DNA of 64,000 bases from Squalus acanthias (Eukaryota), in NCBI GenBank assembly GCA_030390025.1, contig CM059432.1:4836001-4900000 (forward strand). The letters are read 5' to 3'. Numbering within the stretch: position 1 is the stretch's first letter; each line of letters opens with the position of its first letter. The translations under genes were made by a program, and so were the position numbers. Positions 37,591 through 50,805 of the stretch are shown here, in pieces. Below the pieces are notes generated by a model. It did not search any database. It had not been told where the DNA came from and worked only from the letters and a program-made list of their open reading frames with translations.

Positions 37591-39330
37591 CCCTCCGATC
37601 GCACCGTGCCACACCCTCCGATCGCACCGTGCCACACCCTCCGATCGCACCGTGCCACACCCTCCGATCGCACCGTACAACACATTCCGATCGCACCCTG
37701 CCACACCCTCCGATCGCACCCTGCCACACCCTCCGATCGCACCCTGCCACACCTCCGATCGCACCGGGCCACACCTCCGATCGCACCGTGCCACACCTCC
37801 GATCGCACCGTGCCACACCTCCGATCGCACCGGGCCACACCCTCCGATCGCACCGGGCCACACCCTCCGATCGCACCGGGCCACACCCTCCGATCGCACC
37901 GGGCCACACCCTCCGATCGCACCGGGCCACACCCTCCGATCGCACCGGGCCACACCCTCCGATCGCACCGGGCCACACCTCCGATCGCACCGGGCCACAC
38001 CTCCGATCGCACCGGGCCACACCTCCGATCGCACCGGGCCACACCCTCCGATCGCACCGGGCCACACCTCCGATCGCACCGGGCCACACCTCCGATCGCA
38101 CCGGGCCACACCTCCGATCGCACCGGGCCACACCTCCGATCGCACCGGGCCACACCTCCGATCGCACCGGGCCACACCTCCGATCGCACCGGGCCACACC
38201 TCCGATCGCACCGGGCCACACCTCCGATCGCACCGGGCCACACCTCCGATCGCACCGGGCCACACCTCCGATCGCACCGGGCCACACCCTCCGATCGCAC
38301 CGGGCCACACCTCCGATCGCACCGGGCCACACCTCCGATCGCACCGTGCCACACCTCCGATCGCACCGTGCCACACCTCCGATCGCACCGTGCCACACCC
38401 TCCGATCGCACCCTGCCACACCTCCGATCGCACAATACCACGCCTCCGATCGCACAATACCACGCCTCCGATCGCACCGGGCCACGCCTCCGATCGCACC
38501 GGGCCACGCCTCCGATCGCACCCCGCCACGCCTCCGATCGCACCCCGCCACGCCTCCGATCGCACCCCGCCACGCCTCCGATCGCACCCCGCCACGCCTC
38601 CGATCGCACCCCGCCACGCCTCCGATCGCACCCCGCCACGCCTCCGATCGCACCCCGCCACGCCTCCGATCGCACCCCGCCACGCCTCCGATCGCACCGT
38701 GCCACGCCTCCGATCGCACCGTGCCACGCCTCCGATCGCACCGTGCCACGCCTCCGATCGCACCGTGCCACGCCTCCGATCGCACCGTGCCACGCCTCCG
38801 ATCGCACCGTGCCACGCCTCCGATCGCACCGTGCCACGCCTCCGATCGCACCGTGCCACGCCTCCGATCGCACCGTGCCACGCCTCCGATCGCACCGTGC
38901 CACGCCTCCGATCGCACCGTGCCACGCTTCCGATCGCACCGTGCCACGCCTCCGATCGCACCGTGCCACGCCTCCGATCGCACCGTGCCACACCCTGCGA
39001 TCGCACAATACCACACCTCCGATCGCACCATGCCACACCTCAGATCGCACCGGGCCACACCTCCGATCGCACCGTGCCACACCTCCGATCACACCGTGCC
39101 ACACCTCAGATCGCACCGTGCCACACCTCAGATCGCACCGTGCCACACCTCAGATCGCACCGTGCCACACCTCAGATCGCACCGTGCCACACCTCAGATC
39201 GCACCGTACCACACCTCAGATCGCACCGTGCCACACCTCAGATCGCACCGTGCCACACCTCAGATCGCACCATGCCACACCTCAGATCGCACAACATCAC
39301 ACCTCCGATCACACCATACCACACCTCAGA
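37591..39330. repeat. 22/23-bp CpG-rich minisatellite (CCACAC(C)CTCCGATCGCACCGKG), roughly 75-80 units
   Basis: Tandem array read directly from the sequence. Confidence 0.97.
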
Positions 39331-40105
39331 AGATTAACCCAAGCTAAACCCATTTTACTTTCAGAAAGTAAGTACTTTCCGAATCATAACTAGACGGCTA
39401 AGTGACTTGGCAGTGTATAACACTACTGTAATAAGGTATGATTTTAGCTGACAGAAACCAGACAGTATATTGCAATTCTTTCCATTATTCAGTATGGAAA
39501 GCAAATGATGTGTCTTAAAGACTATTTACATTTTGTTCTTACATGCCAAGTTACATACATATATACTTCCTTTTTAAAAGGAACATCACACAAATGCATC
39601 AAGTTCAATAGTATAAAAAAACGGAGTGGCAAAGTGCACAATTTTACAGTATATTTACAAATCCATAGCATTATTTCAAGTGGACCGTAAGCCTTCATTT
39701 TAGCTAAAAATACAATATGTTATGCAATACCTACAAATGGGAATTCTATTGGCTCTAACACCTTTGTACAGGAACAGCTGATCAGGACAAGAAAGCTAAT
39801 ACAATAATGTGAGGGCTTAATAATGAGAGTAGCCCTGCTTGTAAACCTCTTGATTTCAGGATGATGGCAGGTTGTCTTTCAAAATGCAGGATGAATTCAT
39901 TAGCAAAGCTAGTGCGCACACATGCAGGTACAATCAGCTGTTCAAAATTCGGGACTCATGCCGTCATTGAATCATCCACAGCTGAGGTGGTTTGGCTGTT
40001 CCTCAAGACCCTTAAAGCCCTTCACTGAACCGCCATAGAATAAAATACTCCGAAATCCATAATGTTCCAGGAAAGCTGTTAAAATTCAAGATGGTCCCAT
40101 CCTCT

Positions 40106-40253
40106 TTAGTCTTCATCTACAGGAGCCAACTCTGGTGTGAGGTTCACTGTTATATTTTTGTACAAAAAATGCAGAGTTATATTTGGAGTATACTTCAAGT
40201 TGTTCAACCCATCCAGGGGCTGGCGTTCCTTAGAATACCTCAACAATTTATAT
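40106..40253 (-). CDS. B4GALT6: B4GALT6 last coding exon (YKLLRYSKERQPLDGLNNLKYTPNITLHFLYKNITVNLTPELAPVDED*)
   Basis: Acceptor ccacag, stop TAA at 40108-40106. DGLNNL motif and B4GALT6-type C-terminus. Confidence 0.95.
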
Positions 40254-40327
40254 CTGTGGGGGGGGGGGGGGAAACGTGGAAATGATTAAAGGAGCAGTGT
40301 AACCCAACATATATCAGAATAAAGTTC

Positions 40328-40775
40328 ATAGAATGATACAGCACAGAAGGAGGCCATTTGGCCAATTGTGTCTGTGCTGGCTCTATGAAAGAGCTCTCCA
40401 ATTAGTCCCTCTCCCCTGCTCTTTCCCCACAGCCCTGCAAATTTCTCCTTTTCAAGTATTTATCCAATTCCCTTTTGAAAGTTACTACTGAATCTGCTTC
40501 CACTGCCCTTTTAGGCAGCGCATTCCAGATCACAACAACTCGTGGAGTAGAAAAAATTCTCCTAATCTCTCCCCTCTGGCTTTTTTGCTAATTACCTTAA
40601 ATCTGTGTCCTCTGGTTACCGACCCTCCTGCCAGTGGAAATAATTTTGAACACCTCTATTAAATCTTCCCTTAACCTTCTTTGCTGTAAAGGAGAATAAT
40701 CCCAGCTTCTCTAGTCTCTCTATATAAAGCTGAATTCCCTCATCCCTGGTACCATTCTAGTAAATCTCCTCTGCC
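40328..40775 (-). mobile_element. CR1 3' fragment
   Basis: CATAGAATGATACAGCACAGAAGGAGGCC tail shared with other copies. Confidence 0.8.
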
Positions 40776-40823
40776 CTTGTAAATTGGCTTAAAAACGTGA
40801 AAAAATATTCAGAGACATTATAC

Positions 40824-41815
40824 ACACACTCCACACTGCCTCAACGGTAACTTCACGATGCTGGCTTCTCACACACTCCACACTGCCTCAACAGTAACCT
40901 CACGAGACCAGCTTCTCACACACTCCACACTGCCTCAACGGTAACCTCACGAGACCAGCTTCTCACACACTCCACACTGCCTCAACGGTAACTTCACGAT
41001 GCTGGCTTCTCACACACTCCACACTGCCTCAACAGTAACCTCACGAGACCAGCTTCTCACACACTCCACACTGCCTCAACAGTAACCTCACGAGACCAGC
41101 TTCTCACACACTCCACACTGCCTCAACGGTAACCTCACGATGCCAGCTTCTCACACACTCCACACTGCCTCAACGGTAACTTCACGATGCCGGCTTCTCA
41201 CACACTGCCTCAACGGTAACCTCACGATGCCAGCTTCTCACTGCCTCAACGGTAACCTCACGATGCCGGCTTCTCACACACTGCCTCAACGGTAACTTCA
41301 CGAGACCAGCTTCTCTCACACTGCACACTGCCTCAACGGTAACTTCACGAGACCAGCTTCTCTCACACTGCACACTGCCTCAACGGTAACTTCACGAGAC
41401 CAGCTTCTCTCACACTGCACACTGCCTCAACGGTAACTTCACGAGACCAGCTTCTCTCACACTGCACACTGCCTCAACGGTAACTTCACGAGACCAGCTT
41501 CTCACACACTCCACACTGCCTCAACGGTAACCTCACGAGACCAGCTTCTCACACACTCCACACTGCCTCAACAGTAACCTCACGAGACCAGCTTCTCGCA
41601 CACTCCACACTGCCTCAACGGTAACCTCACGATGCCGGCTTCTCACACACTGCCTCAACGGTAACTTCACGATGCTGGCTTCTCACACACTCCACACTGC
41701 CTCAACAGTAACCTCACGAGACCAGCTTCTCACACACTGCCTCAACGGTAACCTCACGAGACCAGCTTCTCACACACTCCACACTGCCTCAACGGTAACC
41801 TCACGATGCCGGCTG
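40824..41815. repeat. ~47-bp minisatellite with ~40-bp variants (CACACTCCACACTGCCTCAACGGTAACCTCACGAGACCAGCTTCTCA), about 20-22 units, in the last B4GALT6 intron
   Basis: Tandem array read directly from the sequence. Confidence 0.95.
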
Positions 41816-42295
41816 CTGCTGCATTGCCGAGTTCTCTTTTCTTGCTCCCTCCCCTAGTTCCCACAGCAGCCTATTATGTGGCCTCCGAATGAGATAACTA
41901 ATTAGTGCCAAATATTGGCAGTTTTGCGGTTTGGCCTCATGGTCACGAGGAACTGGGTTGAGACTTCTGAAAATTGTTTCAGTTAAGATCCTTTCAGCCA
42001 GCATAGATAGCAATTTTCATCCCGTGAGTCTAGACTGGATTCAAACCAAGATTCCAGAAGGGAAGGGTCAATATGCTAATCTATTAAATTTTTCAAGTCT
42101 CTAAATCGTTTTATAGTTTACAACGCAAATGCATGTATGAGCAATGCATTTGCAGAAGGATGTGAAATGTACTTAAAGTCTCATACTTACACATCAATTA
42201 CATACTGAACTGTAAAACCAGTTAAAGGAAGATTTTCTGATAAATCTAAATCTACAGTACACTGTAAAAATGCGTGCAGCAAGCTAAATACTTGC

Positions 42296-42397
42296 CTGCC
42301 TAGAAACTGTACTTCCCCTCGATGATGATGGGGTATAGACTTGTACTTTCCCAGATCTCCTTCTGGTCTTGTCACGTTGTATCCTGCATAAAGAACT
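42296..42397 (-). CDS. B4GALT6: B4GALT6 exon 8 (VLYAGYNVTRPEGDLGKYKSIPHHHRGEVQFLGR)
   Basis: Acceptor ttgcag, 102 nt. The donor must be the non-canonical CAG|GCAAGT to keep phase 2. Confidence 0.94.
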
Positions 42398-42454
42398 CTG
42401 CAAGGTGAAGGAGGAAGAGAATTAATAAATTCTACGAGGAGAGATTGAGCCGAT

Positions 42455-42862
42455 ACTCGCTGGAGTTTAGAAGAATGAGAGGTGATCTCATTGAAACATA
42501 CAAGATTCTGAGGGGGATTGACAGGGTAGATGCTGAGAGGCTGTTTTCCCCCTGGCTGGAGAGTCTAGAACTAGGGGGCATAGTCTCAGGATAAGGGATC
42601 GGCCATTTAAGGCTGAGATGAGAAGGAATTTCTTCACTCAGAGGGTTGTGAATCTTTGGAATTCTCTGCCCCAGAGGGCTGTGAATGCTGAATCATTGAG
42701 TATATTCAAGGCTGAGATGGATAGATATTTGGACTCTAGGGTAATCGAGGGATATGGAGATCGGACGGGAATGTGGAGTTGAGGTCGAAGGTCAGCCGTG
42801 ATCTTATTGAATGGCGGAGGCTCAAGGGGGCCGTATGGCCGACTCCTGCTCCTAATTCTTAT
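42455..42862 (+). mobile_element. CR1 3' fragment filling most of B4GALT6 intron 7
   Basis: EFRRMRGDLIETYKIL-type sequence and tail. Confidence 0.85.
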
Positions 42863-42923
42863 ATTAAAGTCAACTCAGCCCTATTCATTTTTGAGTCATC
42901 TGCACCTCTAAATGGGTCCTTAC

Positions 42924-43046
42924 CTCCGCCACAGGTCATCATCCTCTCCACCCCATCCCCAGAAAGCATTGGGAAAGCCATTGATCTTTTTGAACTGCTC
43001 CGATGTGAGACCACTGACTCCACCGAAGAATTCGTTGTACGGCAGA
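42924..43046 (-). CDS. B4GALT6: B4GALT6 exon 7 (LPYNEFFGGVSGLTSEQFKKINGFPNAFWGWGGEDDDLWR)
   Basis: Acceptor ttctag, donor gtaagg, 123 nt. WGWGGEDDD catalytic motif. Confidence 0.97.
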
Positions 43047-43951
43047 CTAGAAAATAAGAGGAAATATATAGGTAATCATTCATAAACTGTATGGCATGAA
43101 ATTTTAAAACAAAAAGAATCCAAAAGAAAATGGAAATATAAAACTCACCCATTTAGCTCGTCAGTGCATTAAAAAAGATATTTAATATGTTAACCAGAAC
43201 ATAAAATATACAGGGCAAAGAAACAGCAACTTGTTAAAAGGAAAGCAAATATAGCAGCTGTGTTTCAACTTAAAATATTATTCCACTCAATTAACAGAAC
43301 GCAGCAACAGAAAAGGATTCTGGATGGTCATACTGATGGTACAACTGAAGATGGAAGCGTCTACAAAGTTACTGGTGAATCAATGTAGTTGATGCATTTA
43401 AAAGACTTGCATTTCTATAGCGCCTTTCACGACCACCGGACGTCTCAAAGTGCTTTACAGCCAATGAAGTATTTTTGAAGTGGAGTCACTGTTGTAATGT
43501 GGGAAACGCACAGCAAGCTCCCACAAACAGCAATCTGATAATGGCCAGATAATCTGTTTGAGCGATGTTGGTAGAGGGATAAATATTGGCCGGGACACCT
43601 CCCCTGCTCTTCTTCGAAATAGTGCCACGGGATCTTTTATGTCCACCTGAGAGAGCAGACGGGGCCTCGGTTTAACGTCTTATCCGAAAGACGGCACCTC
43701 CGACAGTGCGGCACTCCCTCAGCACTGCACTGGGAGAGTCAGCCTAGCTTCTTGTGCTCAAGTCTCTGGAGTGGGACTTGAACCCACAACCTGCTGACTC
43801 GGAGGAGAGTGACTGTGCTGCCCACTGAGCCACGGCTGACATTGAAGGGGAAGCTAGCTAAGTACATGAGGCAGAAAAGGAGCAGAAGAATATGCTGATG
43901 GGGTTAGATGGAGTAGGCTGGGAGAAGGTTGGTGTGGAGCATAAACACGGG

Positions 43952-44078
43952 CAACGGTCTCTGTAAGCTGCGCGGCAGCGCACGGCCCAGGGATCCCGCG
44001 CAGCCAGCTTTTCAATACAAAAACCACCGGTATTTTGAAGGGGCCGCACGGCGCCAAACAAAACTAGAAGGAACCTTG
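43952..44078. mobile_element. hAT-type MITE, same family
   Basis: Degenerate TIRs, TSD AACA(C/T)GGG, shared internal GGTATTTTGAA.GGGCC. Confidence 0.75.
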
Positions 44079-44511
44079 AACATGGGCATTGACCAGCTGG
44101 CCTGAATGGCCTGTTTCTGGGCTGTAATTTCTATGCAACTCTGTGCATTTACTCCCAACGACAACAAGATATCTTGGATGTATAACACTGCAGATAATCT
44201 TGGGTTACAGAGAAACTTTTAAGTCCTGACTAACCTAATTTCCATACAATAGGTTTATAGAAAGAAGGGTGAGCAAAAGTAAAAATTTAGCTTGAAAATT
44301 TTTAAGAATGGTGCAAAAATAGAACTTAAAAATTTCCACAAAGTTTACCGTGCAATTTCAGTACCTGCACTGTGCAGTTTTCTCAGTCCCTCTCCCACCG
44401 CCACCCCCCCCCCCCCCCCCGCCCCCCCCCCCAAAAACAACTTCAGGTTTTGCCCTCTAGAGGAAGACGTCCAAACTATAGGAGGTGCCAATGGATGGCG
44501 CAGATACTTAC

Positions 44512-44699
44512 ATGTACATGTACTTGTCCAGCTTTGATGCAAAATGCCGTGGCATCTGCCCACATCCGTAGTAGTTGCGATCACTTTCTGGTATGTGATC
44601 GACATCGTGGAAAACGAGGCAGTCCCAATCCAGATCTTTCATAGCCTCCATAAAGCCAACATTAAATAGCATTGCACGATTAAAGGGATAGTTACCAGC
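44512..44699 (-). CDS. B4GALT6: B4GALT6 exon 6 (AGNYPFNRAMLFNVGF...FHDVDHIPESDRNYYGCGQMPRHFASKLDKYMY)
   Basis: Acceptor tcccag, donor gtaagt, 188 nt. FNRA and DVD motifs. Confidence 0.97.
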
Positions 44700-47599
44700 C
44701 TGGGAGGGTGAGAAAAAAGAACAAATTTAATTGCACGTAATAGAGCTGCACTCAAAACTATTTCAGAGAGTTACGCAGCGACAGCACATGAAGTTTCAAA
44801 TCATTACACATGCTTGTTTTTCTTTCTGAACCACTTCATGGAAATGAGTGAAAAGGTAACAAAAAAAAGTGCTCGAAGAAAGGTCAACCAAAAATAGAAA
44901 TTGGACGCCATACAACAACTTGAAGTTATACAGCGTTTTTGATGTAGAAAAACATCCCAAGGCGCTCCACAGGGGAGGAAAGGAGCAGGTGTTGAGCATT
45001 TGTGAAAGGATTAGGAGACGTGACAGAAAGTTTGGTCAAAAAAATGTGTTTTGAGAAGGGCGGAGGAGAGCATTAGTGCGCAGGGGGCGAGGGGGGGGTT
45101 GGGGGGAGATACACGAGCGGGATAGATGAGAGAGTGCAAGATAAATGGATATGAGAGAGGGGGAAAAGATTGATAGATAGTAAAAATTTGGGGAGGGTTG
45201 GGGGAGTGAAGGAGAGAAAAAATAATCGTTGCATTTACATAGTGCCTTTTATGGATCTCAGGACATCCCAAAGTGCTTTACAGCCAATTAAGTACTTTAA
45301 GTGTAGTTACTGTTACACTGTAGGGAAATGTGCCAGCTAATTTGCAAACAGCAAGGTCCCACAAAAAGCAAATGATACAAATGACCAGATAATCCGATTT
45401 TAGTGCTGTTGGTCGATGAATAAATGTTAGCTGGACACTGGAAGAACTCCCTCACGCATCTTCAAATAGTGATATGGGATATTTTACGTCTAACTGAGAG
45501 GGCAGGCCTTTCCGTTTACATGTCTCATCTAAAAAGACGGTACCAGCAAGCCTCACCCCAAAAGACGGTACTAGCAACAGTGCACCACTCCCCCAGTAAC
45601 GCACTGAAATGTCAGCCACATTATGTGCTGGAGTTCAGGTTCTGGGAGCGTGGCTTGAACCTGAATCAGAGGCAAGAGTGCTACCTCTTAGTGAGAGCGA
45701 GAGATAGCACAATAGGGAGGAAGAGAATGAGAGAGATAGTGAACGAGAGAGTAAATGTCACGAGAGAGAATGAGAAACTAACCCATGTCTACAGCTATTG
45801 CCACGGGGCAAGCAGTGTGATGAAGAAAAGTAGTTGAATGGTCAGGAGTTGGGTAGCAAGGGGGAAATCGAGGGAGAAGGAAGTGGCTGTCCTGGAAAAG
45901 GTGAGCTTCAATAGCAGGGGTGGAGCAAGTGGGAGACTGGGGTTAGGTTGAGGGAGGGTTTGAGATAGTCAGCGTTGGGGGCAGGGATGAAGGGGCAGCA
46001 ATGGCAATGGCGGAGACCGTTGTTTGGATAGTCTCAATATTTAAGATAAAAAAGACCATATGCTTCTTGCACTTGGCATTAGAAGTGAAGGTGAATGAGG
46101 TTCAGGGAAGGTGGTCAGAGGAAGTGGTTTGTTGTTAAAGAGTTGGAGATTGTCCTTAGCTGCATGATGACCCTGGAATAAGAAAAGTTGTCTGTAGACA
46201 GGGAGGTGCGTTCTTGTTCAAGATGTTAAAGCCAGATATGGGGACGTACGACGAGATCAATCATAAGCTTGGTGTACAAGACCCCAGAGGGCTTCAGGCA
46301 TGAGGGAGCAAAAGTGGGAACTCTTATCAGGGAGCAGCAGGGGTTAGAAACTGTTAAGAACTTGGTGCTGACAAGGGTGTCAAAAGGAGCACCAAATGAG
46401 ATGTTGAGCAATGGCGTGACAAATGAGGTCAAAGAGGAAATTGGAAGTTAGAAAGTGCCTGGATGAGAGTGCCACGGTTTTGCATGCAGGCGAATGTTCC
46501 CACTCCTAAAGCCAGAGGTAGGATGGGGGATATAGATTGTGAGCGAGAGAAGGAGATGATCAGAGATTTCTTCATCATTGATCAAATGCAGGTTGGGTGC
46601 CCCATTATAGAAATGAAAACAAAGCCATAGGAAGCATATGATGAGATTCACCAGGATGATTCGCCAGAGATGGGAAAATATTTGACACTTGAAATAATGG
46701 GGCTATTTCCCCTAGAACAGGGAAGGAGGCCGAGGAGATTTGGAGGTTTTTAAAATTATGAAGAAAATTTATACAGCACCTATAATGTAGAAAAATGTCC
46801 CAAGGTGCTTCACAGAGATATGGGGGGGTGGGGGGGCGGGGGCAGGGGGAGGGGGCTAAGGGGAAAGCAAGCCAAAAAGATTAGGAGGGATGATCAAAAG
46901 CTTGGCTAAAGACATGGGTTTTAAGGAAGGTGTTAAAGGAAGAGCAGAAGATATCAACGCAGAGAGTTTAGAGAAGGAATTCCAGAGAGTTGGACCTAGG
47001 CGGCTGAAGGCCACCAATAATTGGACAAAAAGATGGGTGATGCACAGGAGGCCAGTGTCAGAGGAACAGAGAGTTGTAGGGCTCGAGGAGGTAATAGAGA
47101 TAGAGCAGAGTGAGGCCATGGAGGTATTTAGACACAAGGATGGAAGAGGAAAGAGGGAGAAATTAATTCTGGAGCATCAACTGGAAAGGATGATGTGTTA
47201 GAATATGCCAATTAGGGACTGATGTTAGCTGTGATGCCCCCACATGTCCAACATCACGATGAATACAGGGCTGCTGGTACCTTCAGGAGTAAAGTGTAAA
47301 ATAAATTGGAGCAAAAAATACCTGAACGTAGTAAAAGGCTGACATTTCTCATTGATGCTTCTTTTCCCCACTCACAATTGGTAACATTCAATTGTAGTTT
47401 CATCACTTGTGTAGTGTTCAGTCATGCCAGCAAAAAGGAGACTACACCGATCAGCTATATTTTATGTAACCATCAAAATACTAGGCGGTATAATATTCAG
47501 CACCATCTAGCGAGTCAAAATATCATCTGTACTATTTAAGTAATCCATACTTAGGGCAGAAAACTCTTGCCATTTAAAACCCTTAGTTTCCATTTCTTG

Positions 47600-48910
47600 A
47601 TTATATTCAAGGCAGAGATCGATAGATTTTTGGATACTAAGGGAATCAAGGGATACGGGGATAGTGCGGAAAAGGCTTTTGATAAGGTTCCACATGGCAG
47701 ACTGGTCACGAAGTTAAAAGCCCATGGGATCCACGGCAAAGTGTCAAGTTGGATTCAAAACTGGCTCGGAGACAGGAAGCAGAGGGTAATGGTTGATGGG
47801 TGTTTTTGTGACTGGAAGGCTGTTTCCAGTGGGGTTCCGCAGGGCTCAGTACTAGGTCCCTTGCTTTTTGTGGTATATATCAACGATCTTGACTTGAATA
47901 TAGGGGGTATGATTAAGAAGTTTGCAGATGATACTAAAATCGGTTGTGAGGTTGATACTGAAGAAGGAAGCTGTAGACTGCAGGAAGAGATCAATAAATT
48001 GGTCAGAACAGTAGCAAATGGAATTCAATCTGGAGAAGTGTGAGGTAATGCATTTGGGGAGGGCTAACAAGGCAAGGGAATACACATTAAATGGTAGGAC
48101 ACTGAGTAGTGTAGAGGAACAAAGGGACCTTTGAGTACATGTCCACAGATCCCTGAAGGTAGCAGGCCAAGTAGATAAGGTGGTTAAGAAGGCATACGGA
48201 ATGCTTGCCTTTATTAGCCGCGGCATAGAATACAAGAGCAGGGGGGTTATGCTTCAACTGTATAAAACACTAGTTAGGTCTCAGCTAGAGTACTGCGTGC
48301 AGTTCTGGTCACCACATTAAATGAAAGATGGGATTGCACTAGAGAGGGTACAGAGGAGATTTACAAGGATGTTGCCGGGAGTAGAGAATCTTAGCTATGA
48401 GGAAAGACTGGATAGGCTGGGTTTGTTTTTCTTGGAACAGAGGAGGCTGAGGGGAGACCTTATTGAGGTGTATAAAATTATGAGGGGCATAGATAAAGTG
48501 GATAGAAAGGACCTATTTCCCTTAGCAGAGGGGTCAAAAACCAGGGGGCACAGATTTAAAGTAATTGGGGGAAGGTTTAGAGGGGAAATTTCTTCACCCA
48601 GAGGGTTGTGGGGGTCTGGAACTCACTGCCTGAAAGGGTGGTAGGGGCAGGAACCCTAACCACATTTAAAAAGTACTTGGGATGCTCTAACCTGCAGGGC
48701 TACGGACCAAGAGCTGGCAAGTGGGATTAGGCTGGATAGCTCTTTATTGGCCGGCGCGGACACAATGGGCTGAAATGGCCTCCTTCCATGCTGTAACTTT
48801 CTATGATTCTAAAAGTGGAGTTGAGGTGGAAGATCAGCCATGATCTTATTGAATGGCGGGGCAGGCTCGGAGGGCCGAATGGCCTACTCCTGCTCCTATT
48901 TCTTATGTTC
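47600..48910 (+). mobile_element. Nested CR1 fragments
   Basis: KAFDKVPHGRL...FADD peptide and two different CR1 tails. Confidence 0.88.
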
Positions 48911-49218
48911 TCCCCTTCCAAGGTATATGCACCATTCCCTGGTTGGAACAGCAACCAGTTGATGTACTCCCAGGTCTCTTAACAATATTCTAAAAACAGT
49001 CTAGGTAGCTCATTTTCCTTTCCAAATGATGAAGGGGCTAATACAGCACCACCACATCTATCAGGTGAGGGATGACGGTTCAAATTTATTATGACTTCAC
49101 ACCCATTATATCACTGAAATAGAAAGGTTATTAAGCTGTGGTCCAATTCCTACCTTGAAAAAAAAACCCCACCTCTGGTCTAGTTAGCTTCTACAACCTT
49201 AATTGTAAAAGTTATTAC

Positions 49219-49335
49219 CTGCTCAATAACATAGAAGCCAAACTGCACTCGTTGTCGTTGAAGCATCGGAATCAAGTGCCGGAATAGAATTGGGAGATGC
49301 TCGTGACGGTTGCGGAATGGAATAAGTATTGCCAC
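49219..49335 (-). CDS. B4GALT6: B4GALT6 exon 5 ([39 protein letters not shown])
   Basis: Acceptor ttacag, donor gtaata, 117 nt. PFRNR motif of the GT7 family. Confidence 0.96.
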
Positions 49336-50093
49336 CTGTAAAATACAACAATCTTACAACAACAACAACAACTATTTATATAGCATCTTTAACGTAGTAA
49401 AACGTCCCAAGGCGCTTCACAGGAGTGATTATCAAACAAAATTTAACACCGAGCCACATAAAGAGATATTAGGGCAGGTGAACAAAAGCTTGGTCAAAGG
49501 GGTAGGTTTTAACGATCATCTTAAAGGAGGAAAGCGAGGTAGAGAGGTGGAGGGGTTTAGGGAGGGATTCCAGAGCTTGCGATCTAGGCAGCTGAAGGCA
49601 CGGCCGCCAATGGTGGAGCGATTAAAATCGGGAAATGTCAAGAGGCCAGAATTGGCGGAGTGCAGTGATCTCGGGAGGGTGGGGTGGGTGTGGGTGGTAG
49701 GGCTGGAGGAGATTACAGAGATAGCAACTTTATCTTGCATTCGGAATTAATATTTTCCAGAAATGCTACACTCATATGACCAACTGGAGATGTTTTGAAA
49801 CTTTACCCTATTGAAGAGGGTTAGATAAGGGTTCAATACACCAACTCTTGGGACTCAGCCTGTGCCCTAAAAAAACATTTGCCCCCTCCCCCGCCCCCCG
49901 AATACTTATCCCCCATGCTGAAGGCATCCTTTATTTTTTTTTTAAAACTGTGTCGCACTTTATATAAAATGCCATTATTGTCAGCTTATGCTCGGTTCTG
50001 TGCTACACAAATTTATAGAATTTTGGTTGATCAAGAATGTCTTATTTCTGACCCAAAATTTTTAGAAAGTTACAAATGAAAGGTAACTTTCAA

Positions 50094-50805
50094 AGGGTGT
50101 CCTTGTGCACCAGTTGCTGAAGGTAAGCATGCAGGTGCAGCAGGCGGTTAAGAAGGCAAATGGTATGTTGGCCTTCATAGCGAGAGGATTCGAGTACAGG
50201 AGCAAGGATGTCTTGCTGCAGTTGTACAAGGCCTTGGTGAGACCACACCTTGAGTATTGTGTGCAGTTTTGGTCGCCTTATCTGAGGAAGGATGTTCTTG
50301 CCATGGAGAGAGTGCAGCGAAGATTCACCAGACTGATACCTGGGATGGCAGGAATGACGTATGAAGAGAGATTGGGTCGATTCGGCTTGTATTCGCTAGA
50401 GTTTAGAAGAATGAGAGGTGATCTCATTGAAACTTATAAAATTCTAACAGGACTAGACAGACTAGATGCAGGAAGGATGTTCCCGATGGCAGGGGAGTCC
50501 AGAACCAGGGGTCACAGTCTAAGGATAAGGGGTAAGCCATTTAGGACTGAGATGAGGAGGAATTTCTTCACCCAGAGAGTGGTGAACCTGTGGAATTCTC
50601 TACCACAGAAGGCAGTTGAGGCCAACTCATTAAATATATTCAAGAAGGAGTTAGATATATTTCTTAAGGCTAAAGGGATCAAGGGATATGGGGAGAAAGC
50701 AGGGACAGGGTACTGAATTTGGATGATCAGCCATGATCTCATTCAATGGCGGAACAGGCTCGAGGGGCCGACTGGCCTACTCCTGCTCCTAGCTTCTGTG
50801 TTTCT
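50094..50805 (+). mobile_element. Young 5'-truncated CR1
   Basis: Intact 203-aa ORF2 C-terminus closely similar to the copy at 62164. Confidence 0.92.

Larger units (their letters stand above)
34060..40105 (-). other. B4GALT6: Putative long B4GALT6 3' UTR (candidate minus-strand AATAAA at 36046-36051, 35186-35191 and 34074-34079)
   Basis: AT-rich stretch downstream of the stop codon with far fewer transposons than the rest of the window. The 3' end is inferred. Confidence 0.5.

Noticed and set aside
37522..39393. 500-620-aa ORFs in all six frames
   Set aside because: Artefacts of a stop-free 22/23-bp tandem repeat; the peptides are purely periodic.
40824..41815. CRISPR-like or repeat-protein appearance of the arrays
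   Set aside because: No unique spacers and no cas genes; eukaryotic intron context.
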